The notes beneath the pieces are model-generated. The model worked only from the letters and a program-made list of their open reading frames with translations. It was not told where the DNA came from and searched no databases. Both the position numbers and the translations under genes were made by a program. DNA of 64,000 nucleotides from an archaeon (GTDB taxonomy: Archaea > Iainarchaeota > Iainarchaeia > Iainarchaeales > 0-14-0-20-34-12), in the NCBI GenBank assembly GCA_038046645.1, contig JBBSVU010000006.1:23404-87403 (forward strand), in the 5' to 3' direction. Shown here piece after piece: positions 48,701 through 56,689 of the stretch (positions are counted from its first letter, which is position 1; the number at the start of each line of letters is the position of its first letter).

Positions 48701-49349
48701 CTGGATTGATGATCTAATGTCCTATAACTTATTTGCGAGGACAGATATGCCTGCTGTTTCTGAATTAATTAAACCAGGAACATTAACAATACTTGATTTT
48801 TCAGACATAGTGAACATGAAAAAGAAGCAGATGATTGTAAGTTATTTTGCAAACAAGCTGTTTGATGAAAGAAAATCAAATGTAATTCCCCCGACACTTT
48901 TAATTGTGGAGGAAGCTCATCAATGGTGTCCGCAGATGGCATCAGAAGAATCAGCTATTTCCCGTTCCATTCTGCGAACAATTGCAAGGGAAGGAAGAAA
49001 ATTTGGAATGTCCCTTTGCATAATTTCTCAAAGGCCTGTTCAGCTTGATACCACAACACTTTCACAATGTTCCACTCATTTAATTTTGCGCATTACAAAC
49101 CCAAACGATTTGAAACACATAGCAGAATCATCAGAAGGAATTGACCAAAGAAGTTTTGGAATAATAAATTCCTTGCAGGTTGGGGAAGGATTGCTTGTTG
49201 GGGAAGCAACAGGCTATCCATTATTTTTTAAGGTAAGGTATAGGAAATCAATGCCAAGCAAGCATGAAATTTCCCTAGAAGATGCAGCTTTGAAATTTGA
49301 AAGCTCTGCAGATAAAACAAAGGCTGAAACCGAGGGATTTTTGGAATAA
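45753..49349 (+). CDS. herA: HerA helicase/ATPase containing an intein
   Basis: HAS domain, HLAILAMSGSGK|S, VLDPHGEY, VEEAH, AREGRKFG, ISQRP. Confidence 0.92.
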   Translation: MVINNSQTVGTVISAINSPNPSSADFVVTSGLIHRGQFVEIENPSGNFIALVMDVYKTNKYFERADSVKEFESKGQALFEQFPVHEWEYLVANTKPLGVYSGDNFYRPSFPPSPGSKVRIADSEKLKKFFHFDESGLHLGNVEYHDLSVKLNLSRMLKKHLAILAMSGSGKCGDYNLEILLSNGRTIKLGELVDNHLKNKKVIEDNVEVCDVNPNNLKVISIGKDNQPITSEIKAFMRRKAPKKMFRIRTRTGKQLLITPEHPIPILNEQINWIQAKNLAKKDYLITTMPLIEGSEQIIDFVQLWKNSSKVRVDDELILAELKSKLFEKYSIKEFSKIINMTPQKLQYLLSHSGVPLDYLKLICNKLGVDFLEICSKIKTLKVLSSRIPAKVIVDEKFARFMAYLLAEGHNSGQTIIFTNSSTLIREDFSNLTKLFGVTASINRKRDIELRIYNKLLADSLFKLGFTDSSWTKYIPEEILLSKKSVLAAFLGAFIDCDGYVSSKKSHIEITLASKQMLDNIEQIVLRFKLNPIRKIKTVKGKQYGRLFLGGADYLTILNNELTLLIDYKAKALKECSLKKPNSNIRVIPNIKHTLAFLQNKLNLTQSQFVNIANYLSREERHDDPTPTSLKSLLNEFEHNYESIQSTLAQTKKLFYAMPNLTEEDAKKILVDAYSKYDFNKIAKNTNISSTTARRVVRGLTEPNLNTFCLAKNALALENESDLGIDVITNLDFKQLASQIRVLCKNIGCEIQELCNRSGFNDQYLDGYSYNPLNTIRYSNIYKVLYNLFIISLDKEKQLPEIREKLDFLHTLISDSLFFDAIESVEEVDYDKEYVYDLCVKEHNFVANNLIIHNSFSTACLIEELLNRQKEKGRIAIVVLDPHGEYSSFAQPVKDGKYEDFSDRTKIIKAQNIRIAVPKMSVHMLSGIIPGLTIPQKRDLSRILSSLKEDMYRGLGPFDWSHVKDAILKDDNIKQNSKFPLMGWIDDLMSYNLFARTDMPAVSELIKPGTLTILDFSDIVNMKKKQMIVSYFANKLFDERKSNVIPPTLLIVEEAHQWCPQMASEESAISRSILRTIAREGRKFGMSLCIISQRPVQLDTTTLSQCSTHLILRITNPNDLKHIAESSEGIDQRSFGIINSLQVGEGLLVGEATGYPLFFKVRYRKSMPSKHEISLEDAALKFESSADKTKAETEGFLE
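46266..48314 (+). mobile_element. 683-aa intein with LAGLIDADG endonuclease in HerA Walker A
   Basis: GSGK|CGDY start, TPEHP block B, YLLAEG and FIDCDG, VYDL...HNFVANNLIIHN|S end. Confidence 0.93.
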
Positions 49350-49365
49350 TCATCAACTTGCCTAT

Positions 49366-50001
49366 TTATTTCCTTAATTCTTTAATAATCTGGTCCCTGG
49401 CCTGAATGCATGCGTTTTTGCATTCTTCATTTAATGGTGATGGAAGATTTCTGCTATCAACAATCTCCTTATCAGTTATTTTGCCAATTGCTGAAACAGC
49501 CCTAGTTATTCCTTCTTGGTATTCTGCTTCACTTTTACTTCTTAGCCCAAGCAAGTGTTTAAAACTCTCAATTGATCCAGTGCGGCTTCCAGTAATTGGT
49601 ACGGCATATTGCACTACAAAGTGGAGGCGCAAGCGTTCACCAGTGTGTTTGTTGCCATTTCTTATTGATTCAATGACTCTTTCTTTTGTTCCTAAATATA
49701 TTGGCCTTACTGCATCAACAATTGCATTTTCTGCATACAGCTCTAAAGCATCGCCATACCTTGCTTTTAAATCTTTCCAGAACCTGGCATAAATTGTTTC
49801 TAAACGTCTTAATTCACCTGTTCCCTGCTCTGGGGGAAGAGCACCTTCTTTAATCCAAACAAGCTGTTTTGCTAATTCTTCACTGCATTCTCTTTTCAAT
49901 TCCTTTAATGGCGGGCGCCGTATTGGAATAGCTTCATGGCTTTCAATAGACCTTCTTCGTGCCATATTCCAAGGAACTGGTTTTGCTGGTGCTTTTGGCA
50001 T
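49366..50001 (-). CDS. Orphan with Pro/Arg-rich N-terminus
   Basis: MPKAPAKPVPWNMARRRS. Confidence 0.7.
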   Translation of the reverse strand: MPKAPAKPVPWNMARRRSIESHEAIPIRRPPLKELKRECSEELAKQLVWIKEGALPPEQGTGELRRLETIYARFWKDLKARYGDALELYAENAIVDAVRPIYLGTKERVIESIRNGNKHTGERLRLHFVVQYAVPITGSRTGSIESFKHLLGLRSKSEAEYQEGITRAVSAIGKITDKEIVDSRNLPSPLNEECKNACIQARDQIIKELRK

Positions 50002-50132
50002 AATATTTACTTCTTTAGAACTGTTTATATTTGTTATTATGTAGTAGAATGTGTTTCCTTTAGTTTATAACAAAAACTATCTTGATTTATTTTTTAGGAT
50101 TGTTTTTAATTGTTTTATGTGCTTATTTTTGT

Positions 50133-50801
50133 ATGCCTGTGAAGTTAAGAACCAGAACAATTAGATTTAGGGAACGGCAGGGCCAAGATACTTATTATTA
50201 TGAATTAATTAAGGAAAGAATAAAGCGCCGTTGGAGATATCGTATCCGTAAAGGATTAATGAAGGCAGCAGAATGCCATAGTGCAATATTTAACAGGTTG
50301 AAAAAATTAGGAATCCCAATATCTACTTTATATGATGTAAGAACCGGCGGGATGCAATATACTGCCAAGGATATGTCAAAAGGCGGCTATTTAAGGATAA
50401 TTAATGCATATGAAGCAACAATTGCAGCAAGAAAGCGTACAAAAAAATGGGCTGATGCATCTGCCTACTGGAAAGACAACCCTATCTCGAATATGCGCAG
50501 CATTGTTTCAGGCATTACTAGGGATTTGGCAATAATGCACAAAAATGGCTTGTTTATTTCAGGGCGAAGAGTTGTTCTTGAACCTTGGCTTGTTTATTTT
50601 CGCGGAAAAGAAAATGAGAAGCAAAGAATTGCATCAAGGGCAATCACTGATGTCGGGTCAATACTTGAAACATCCAAAATGAGTATTAATGATATTTATG
50701 ATGCATATATGGATAATATTGAAGACCTACATATTAGTTTTCCTGAAGAATATCAAAGCCTTATTGATAAAACATATGCAAAATATTTTACTTCGGCCTA
50801 A
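50133..50801 (+). CDS. Orphan with degenerate kinase-like fold
   Basis: LKKLGIP, KDMSKGG, RDLAIMHKNGL, ITDVG; basic leader MPVKLRTR. Confidence 0.5.
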   Translation: MPVKLRTRTIRFRERQGQDTYYYELIKERIKRRWRYRIRKGLMKAAECHSAIFNRLKKLGIPISTLYDVRTGGMQYTAKDMSKGGYLRIINAYEATIAARKRTKKWADASAYWKDNPISNMRSIVSGITRDLAIMHKNGLFISGRRVVLEPWLVYFRGKENEKQRIASRAITDVGSILETSKMSINDIYDAYMDNIEDLHISFPEEYQSLIDKTYAKYFTSA

Positions 50802-50863
50802 CCATCTAATTCAATGAAAAGGTCTTAGCTTAGCATTCAGGGGAAATGCCCCTAGAGGGAAAG

Positions 50864-50882
50864 TTCAGGGGAAATCTACTCT
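50864..50882 (+). promoter_or_regulatory. Conserved 19-bp operator upstream of PolB2-like gene (extra partial copy at 50836-50847)
   Basis: TTCAGGGGAAATCTACTCT then 9 nt then TCTTTAAA. Confidence 0.85.
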
Positions 50883-50922
50883 CCTTCAATTTCTTTAAAT
50901 ATCCAAAAACCGCATTTTTAGT

Positions 50923-52437
50923 ATGTCTTCCACACCTGGCACACTTTGGTTAAGCAACGCAACATACATAAATGAAAAAAGAAGGATAACTATTGAATTT
51001 TCAAACAAAGAAACCAAGATAACTAAAAATTACGATTTTTATCCAGTAATGTTTATCCTTAAATCTGATTTGAATGAAAAAATGCTTTATGAAAAAATAA
51101 ATTATTTAGGGGCTAATTCATTTAATATCATCAAAAATAAGGAAACCCTAAAAATTATTGGCAAGAATTATTCTAAATTAAAAGAATTGCAAAGTTATTT
51201 TTCTCGTAAAGAAACCTTCCTGATTGAACCTGAAAGGCAATTTCTGCTTTTGAATAATTGGAGTTATTTTGATGCATTTACGTTTGATGTTGATATTCCA
51301 AATAAACAGAATACTTTCTTGTTTCCCTCACTAACTCTGGAGTTTTTTGAGAATCCTTTAGATTCTTTAATCACCAATCTGCGTTTTGAAGATAAGAAGG
51401 CAGCAAAGCAATTGACAAGATGCCTGCTGCTTTCCAATCTTCTGTCAGTCTCTTTTCAAAAAGTTCCACTGAAGAAAAAGCATCAGCTTGAAACCCTTGT
51501 GGAAAATAGTTTATTTTTGCAGGAAAAAGTATTCATCAATTCAGGCAAGCAAAGAATTTATTTCAGAAATGAAACCGTAAGGGGTAATTTTAAAAATCTG
51601 CTAGAGCTTGATTTTTCTTCAATATGGCCGGAAGTCATTGCAAGCAATAATATAGGTTCTGAAATGGAAAATTGCAAATGCTGCAAGCCTGAAGGCATTT
51701 ATTCAGAAAATATCTCTCCAAATTCACTTGTTTCAGTTGAATTTTTAGAAGATGCATTTTATTATGATTCAAATTTTGCGTGGTTTTCCAATAAATACCA
51801 CATGGAGAATACAAACAAAGACAGAAGATTGCTGAGAATGAGGGAATTTTTCACAAAAAATATCCCAGTAGGCCCATTTTTCCAAAATGAAACAAAAAAT
51901 ATCCCTATTGATGATGCAAAACAGCTGGAAAAAGAAGGGCTTGCCAGAATTTTGCCGAATGATTCTCAAATAAAATGGTTCTGCATGAATGAAAAAACAG
52001 TTTTGAGCAGCATGGCCAGCAAATTAATTCTAAAAGTAAGGGAAATAAATTCAAAGATAGGGTCATATGAAAAATTATTTTTTGATAATTTCAAGTTAAA
52101 TGGCTTGCATCTGCTTGAAAATGACCTTAATTATGCTTACCTCAAGCAGTATGCTGTTTTGATATCAAGCATATTCAAAAGCATGCCTCAATTTTTGCTT
52201 GACCCAAAAAACCAATATTATTCCTATGCTACAGCTGAATCTTTCAGAAGCCTGCAACACTCACTCATTGCACAATGGAAAGTGATGATGGAAAAGGAAG
52301 GTACAAGGATTATTGCAGTTGATTCTTTTTGCAACAAAATATTTGTTGAAGGGGCTTATCTGAAACCAGAATTCTTCAAGGAAAAAGGGCTTTTGCTGCC
52401 TGTCTGCCTTAAACACCATGAAGAAGTATATTTCTAA
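50923..52437 (+). CDS. Degenerate family-B DNA polymerase (PolB2-like)
   Basis: ELDFSSIWPEVIASNNIGSE..NCKCC motif A; IIAVDS in place of motif C. Confidence 0.7.
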   Translation: MSSTPGTLWLSNATYINEKRRITIEFSNKETKITKNYDFYPVMFILKSDLNEKMLYEKINYLGANSFNIIKNKETLKIIGKNYSKLKELQSYFSRKETFLIEPERQFLLLNNWSYFDAFTFDVDIPNKQNTFLFPSLTLEFFENPLDSLITNLRFEDKKAAKQLTRCLLLSNLLSVSFQKVPLKKKHQLETLVENSLFLQEKVFINSGKQRIYFRNETVRGNFKNLLELDFSSIWPEVIASNNIGSEMENCKCCKPEGIYSENISPNSLVSVEFLEDAFYYDSNFAWFSNKYHMENTNKDRRLLRMREFFTKNIPVGPFFQNETKNIPIDDAKQLEKEGLARILPNDSQIKWFCMNEKTVLSSMASKLILKVREINSKIGSYEKLFFDNFKLNGLHLLENDLNYAYLKQYAVLISSIFKSMPQFLLDPKNQYYSYATAESFRSLQHSLIAQWKVMMEKEGTRIIAVDSFCNKIFVEGAYLKPEFFKEKGLLLPVCLKHHEEVYF

Positions 52438-52595
52438 TTATGGCTTAATTCCAGCTTAAAACGGCTTTTTAAGCCAATTTAAAGCCATAACTGCTTTTAG
52501 TCATGGTTTTTATTTCTTTTGCTGTGTTAACTATTATTACAAAATATTCGTTTAACCATAATATACGCATTTTTTGTCAGATTTTTGGTGATTTA

Positions 52596-52796
52596 ATGGC
52601 ATTAACACGTTTTGAAAAAACCCGTTTGATAAGTGCAAGGGCTTTGCAGTTGTCAGTCGGTGCTCCAGCTTTAATAAAAGTAGACAAGAATGATTCTTGT
52701 TATGATTTAGCAAAGAAGGAATTGGATAAGAAACTTCTTCCCTTGAGTATATTAAGGCAATACCCAAACGGAAAGGTTGACATAGTTGATATTTAA
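52596..52796 (+). CDS. rpoK: RNA polymerase subunit Rpo6/K
   Basis: LTRFEKTRLISARALQLSVGAP. Confidence 0.95.
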   Translation: MALTRFEKTRLISARALQLSVGAPALIKVDKNDSCYDLAKKELDKKLLPLSILRQYPNGKVDIVDI

Positions 52797-52807
52797 TAGG
52801 TGATATT

Positions 52808-53005
52808 TTGGGAAAAGCAATTTCAAAAGCATTAAAATCTAAGGCTGAAACTCTTCTTGAATTAATGGGCGAAAAATTTATTCAAGACTTTGATGCAAAT
52901 AAAAAAGTATTGCAGCAGTTGGACATGCCTTATTCTAAAGTAGAAAGGAATATTATTGCAGGGTATATTACTAGATTGAAGAACCAGGGCGCAAAAATAG
53001 TTTAA
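52808..53005 (+). CDS. rps17e: 30S ribosomal protein eS17
   Basis: DFDANKK, SKVERNIIAGYITR. Confidence 0.92.
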   Translation: MGKAISKALKSKAETLLELMGEKFIQDFDANKKVLQQLDMPYSKVERNIIAGYITRLKNQGAKIV

Positions 53006-53024
53006 TCCCCTGATATTTCTAATT

Positions 53025-53645
53025 TTATTCTACATCATGAACGTTAAGTAATGTACTTCTAGCATTGATTGTGGGATATTTTCTTAATTCAGCAATAATT
53101 GCTAATGCAGTTTCCCTTTTTGTTTTATCCTTTATCCCTTTTGCATATTTTTCTGCTTTTTCCGGATCCAAATAGCCTATTTCAAAAAACGTCACGGTTC
53201 CTTTTTTAGTGAATCCAATATTTAATGGGTTTAAAGTGGCTCTTAACCCAGCATTTTCAAATCTTTTTAATAGTCCTTTTCTATTTGCCCTATCGATTAT
53301 TTCAGACACAGGAAATATGCGCCTTATCCTGTCATGGTGTTTTAGAGAAGCTTGTGAAAAAGGGCCTAACTTATAAAAGCCACCGATTCCTTCTAGGCTT
53401 CTTTCATCCAAATCAATTTTTTCAAAATAAGTTAGCCTTAGCTTTCTGCTTACAGCAACAGGTTTTGCAAAATGCTTTGGGAAAAGTAGGTGCGCAAGGG
53501 TATGTGCCAAATTATATTTTGCAGAAGGTGTTCCACGTAATTTTCTTCTTTGTACAAAACCCTGCAATTTACTTTTTTTCCAAGTAATCTCTCTAACTTC
53601 TGCGTGCTCACCCCTCATTCTAATAGGGGCTCTTTTTCTTATCAT
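53025..53645 (-). CDS. Orphan, possible degenerate kinase-like fold
   Basis: GEHAEV, HLLFPKHF, AGLRATLNPLNIG..VTFFEI; Arg-rich N-terminus. Confidence 0.45.
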   Translation of the reverse strand: MIRKRAPIRMRGEHAEVREITWKKSKLQGFVQRRKLRGTPSAKYNLAHTLAHLLFPKHFAKPVAVSRKLRLTYFEKIDLDERSLEGIGGFYKLGPFSQASLKHHDRIRRIFPVSEIIDRANRKGLLKRFENAGLRATLNPLNIGFTKKGTVTFFEIGYLDPEKAEKYAKGIKDKTKRETALAIIAELRKYPTINARSTLLNVHDVE

Positions 53646-53646
53646 T

Positions 53647-56019
53647 TTATTCCACATCCCTAACAATAGGCTTGGTTATGCCTTCTTCATCCTTATTCCT
53701 TTCCAAAAAATAAATCTTTGCAGATGCAGCATTTTCCATTTCGCTGTCATGTGTTATGAGAAATATCTGGTCAATTAAAGTAGGCATATGTTCTCTCATC
53801 AACAAACTTAATCTTGAAACAGTCATCCTGTCAAGGTTGTGGGTGGGTTCATCCAATATCAACCAGCTCAGGTTTGAAGCTAGTACCAATGAAAATGCTA
53901 GCCTTATTGTTAATGCAGCAGCACTTCTTTCCCCCCCGCTCAACAATCCCTCAATCCTCTGCCATTTAGCCCTTGTTTTTATCATTAAAGTGTAATCCCC
54001 TTCTGAGATATCAATCTTCAGGGATGAATAATCCTTATATGGATAAATCCTTTGCCATAAATCTTCCATCGCATTATTTATTGTTTCAATTAATAATGTT
54101 CTTAGGTTATTTTGTGTTTCAATTAGGGTATTAGTGAATATAGCAATTTTCTCATTTGCTTTTTCAATAGTTTCAACCTCTTTTCTTAATTCCAAAATAT
54201 TTTTCTTCATTGATTCTATTGAAACCCTTCTTTTCTCAGCTTCACTAACCCATTCTTTTTTGTCTTCTAATTCCTTATCCAAGCTTTTTATTGTTTCTTT
54301 TTCTCTTTCAACAATTGCCCTTATTTCTATCTCTTCATCCCTATCATATTTTATTTCTTTTAATTGAGATTCTATCTCTTTTAGGTCTTTTTTTATCTTT
54401 TCAGCAATCTCACTTTTTTCTATTTTCCTTAAAATCTCATTATTATTTTCGATAGCCTTCTTTTTATCAGAAACATCTTCCTTTACTATTAATTTTGAAT
54501 CTTTTCCCAGCCTTTCATCTAGTTCCTCAATTTCTTTTTCTAGCAGTCTCACTTGTTTTTCAGTTTCTAGCATTATTTGAATATCTTTCTTTGAATTTTC
54601 TAAAACCTGGCAATCTTTATTCAATGTTTCAAGTAATTTTCTCTGCTCTTTTTCTTCAGCCCTTGTAAGTTCAATCTTTTTCTCAATCTCCTTCAATTCG
54701 CTTTTTAGCCCATCTAATGCCTTTTCTTCTTTAGAAATATTGGATTCAGCCTCTTTTGAAAGGTTTTTTTTAAGTGCTTCATCAACAGCTTGCTTACAGA
54801 TAGGGCATTTTGCATGTAACCCCCTTAGATTGTCATGCTCCTTTTTATGATTGTTTATCCTTTCACAAACGCAACCAATTTCTTCCTTGGTTTTGGATCT
54901 TTTTTCTTCTAATTTCTCAATATCGTTTGCACTTGCGTCAATCAAATCTTCAAGGCCCTTTATTTTTTTATCCAAGCCTGAAATTTTCTCATTAATATTT
55001 TTTTCATTAACCCCAAAAGGGTTTTTTGATTTTATAGCTAAAATATCCTTATCTAAAAAACTTTTTCTTTTTGTTTTATCCTCAAATAACGCCTTCAAGC
55101 TGTTTATTTCAGATTTCGCATCATTTATCTTTTCAATTTCTTTTTCCAATATTTCAATCTGTTTTTTTATTTCAGAAATTTCATATTTGGCAGCATCAAA
55201 TCCAGCAATTTCCTGATGGAGGGTATCAAGTTTTGTGTTGCATTCTATCTGTTTTCTTTTTGAATTCTCAAAAATAATGCGAGTTTTTTCTAGTTCCTTT
55301 ATTTTAACATCAAATTCCTTTACAATTTTCTCTTTTTGGCTTATTTCGGAATTAATTGACCCTAACCTCCAGTTAGTTTCTTCAATTTTCCTTAAAATGT
55401 CCTTCAGTTCTTTTTCATCAAAGGATTCTAACAATCTAGCTAAGGAATCCTTTTTCAAAGCAAGCAATGTTTTCATCTTATTCCTTACTTTTACTGCACC
55501 AGCCCTTACTTTTTCATAGCGGTCTAAAGCAAGCATTTCATCAAAGCTTTGCTTCCTATGCTGGGGGCTTAACTTTAGAAAATAGTCAATCTGGTTCTGC
55601 TCAGAAAAAATAGCCCTTGAAAATATTTCATAATTTATTTTCAAAAGATCTTCAATTTTTTTATTGACTTCAGTAACCTGTGGCCCGGCAATAAGGCGGC
55701 CGTTTTCATGTAATGTAGCCTGATTTGTTTTCTTTTTCAATATTTTTCTATTAACTAGATACTTAGAATTAGCATATTTGAATTCAAGGCTTATTGATGC
55801 ATTATCCTCTTCATATGGCTTGCTAAGTATAACTTCTTCAATTGAAACCTCTTTCCTGTTCAGTGCAGGGAATGTGCCAAATAATGCATAACAAATAGCC
55901 TCTATTACTGATGTTTTCCCTGAACCCATCTTTCCGATAAGTACGTTTGTTCCTTTATCGAATTCAAGTTCAGAATCCTTATGGGTTTTCCAGTTCTCTA
56001 ACCTTAGCTTGGTAATCAT
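53647..56019 (-). CDS. rad50: Rad50/SMC-family ATPase
   Basis: GKMGSGKTS, Zn hook CPIC, LSGGER, ILDEPT, ITH. Confidence 0.92.
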   Translation of the reverse strand: MITKLRLENWKTHKDSELEFDKGTNVLIGKMGSGKTSVIEAICYALFGTFPALNRKEVSIEEVILSKPYEEDNASISLEFKYANSKYLVNRKILKKKTNQATLHENGRLIAGPQVTEVNKKIEDLLKINYEIFSRAIFSEQNQIDYFLKLSPQHRKQSFDEMLALDRYEKVRAGAVKVRNKMKTLLALKKDSLARLLESFDEKELKDILRKIEETNWRLGSINSEISQKEKIVKEFDVKIKELEKTRIIFENSKRKQIECNTKLDTLHQEIAGFDAAKYEISEIKKQIEILEKEIEKINDAKSEINSLKALFEDKTKRKSFLDKDILAIKSKNPFGVNEKNINEKISGLDKKIKGLEDLIDASANDIEKLEEKRSKTKEEIGCVCERINNHKKEHDNLRGLHAKCPICKQAVDEALKKNLSKEAESNISKEEKALDGLKSELKEIEKKIELTRAEEKEQRKLLETLNKDCQVLENSKKDIQIMLETEKQVRLLEKEIEELDERLGKDSKLIVKEDVSDKKKAIENNNEILRKIEKSEIAEKIKKDLKEIESQLKEIKYDRDEEIEIRAIVEREKETIKSLDKELEDKKEWVSEAEKRRVSIESMKKNILELRKEVETIEKANEKIAIFTNTLIETQNNLRTLLIETINNAMEDLWQRIYPYKDYSSLKIDISEGDYTLMIKTRAKWQRIEGLLSGGERSAAALTIRLAFSLVLASNLSWLILDEPTHNLDRMTVSRLSLLMREHMPTLIDQIFLITHDSEMENAASAKIYFLERNKDEEGITKPIVRDVE

Positions 56020-56089
56020 TAATTAGAATAGGTAAAAATACTCTTTAAAATTGAGCGATTTAACCAATAATTAGAAAAAACAAAGAAGA

Positions 56090-56347
56090 TTATAGAAGGG
56101 TCATTCCCTCAACTTCAACATCGCTTACTTCTTTAATGGCTCTTATTGCCTTTTCAAATTCTTCTAATCTTTCCTGCTTTTCCAAAAACAATACTCCTAA
56201 TCGCACAACGCACATGCCAAAGGCAACAGGCTCTTTTTTAACATCCTTTACCTCAGCAATAGTTATTTTCTTTACTGATTCTATAATTTTATCCTCTTCC
56301 CCAACTTCATTTGGGTATATTTTATAAATAACAAGAGTATTACCCAT
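56090..56347 (-). CDS. ef1b: Elongation factor aEF-1beta
   Basis: KIYP, EPVAFG, VEVE. Confidence 0.88.
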   Translation of the reverse strand: MGNTLVIYKIYPNEVGEEDKIIESVKKITIAEVKDVKKEPVAFGMCVVRLGVLFLEKQERLEEFEKAIRAIKEVSDVEVEGMTLL

Positions 56348-56365
56348 TAACCCACCTTATTGCCT

Positions 56366-56524
56366 TTATGGCCCAACAAATCCACATTCACTGCAAGAAT
56401 AAGATTTTGAGGTTCGCCTGCAGCTTGTGCATCTTATGATTGCTGTCTTTAAACATTTTGGGCACTTAAATTCCACATAATCATTTGTTACTTCTTTGTT
56501 GCATGTAGAGCATTTTCTAACCAT
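56366..56524 (-). CDS. Zn-ribbon protein DUF1610/HVO_2753 family (52 aa, not in ORF track)
   Basis: CSTC...FKCPKC...IIRC.SCR...YSCSECGFVGP upstream of EF-1beta. Confidence 0.9.
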   Translation of the reverse strand: MVRKCSTCNKEVTNDYVEFKCPKCLKTAIIRCTSCRRTSKSYSCSECGFVGP

Positions 56525-56605
56525 TAAATCACCAAAAATCGCTTCTAATTACTTTATTAAATTCTTATACCAATTATTTAAATAGCTTCCTACCAATAAG
56601 GAGTT

Positions 56606-56689
56606 GGCCCCGTGATGTAACGGAAACATAAGCGGCTTCGGTTTTTAAGGGGAAACCGCTCTATTAGGGTCCGAATCCCTACGGGGCCG
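56606..56689 (+). tRNA. tRNA-Arg(TCG) with 13-nt intron at 37/38
   Basis: GGCCCCG acceptor, AGCGG-CT-TCG-G[56642-56654]A-CCGCT; T-loop TCCGAAT. Confidence 0.85.

Noticed and set aside
4324..50882. The 19-bp motif as CRISPR repeat or transposon terminal repeat
   Set aside because: Copies are isolated, not paired or arrayed, and keep fixed phase to TATA boxes.
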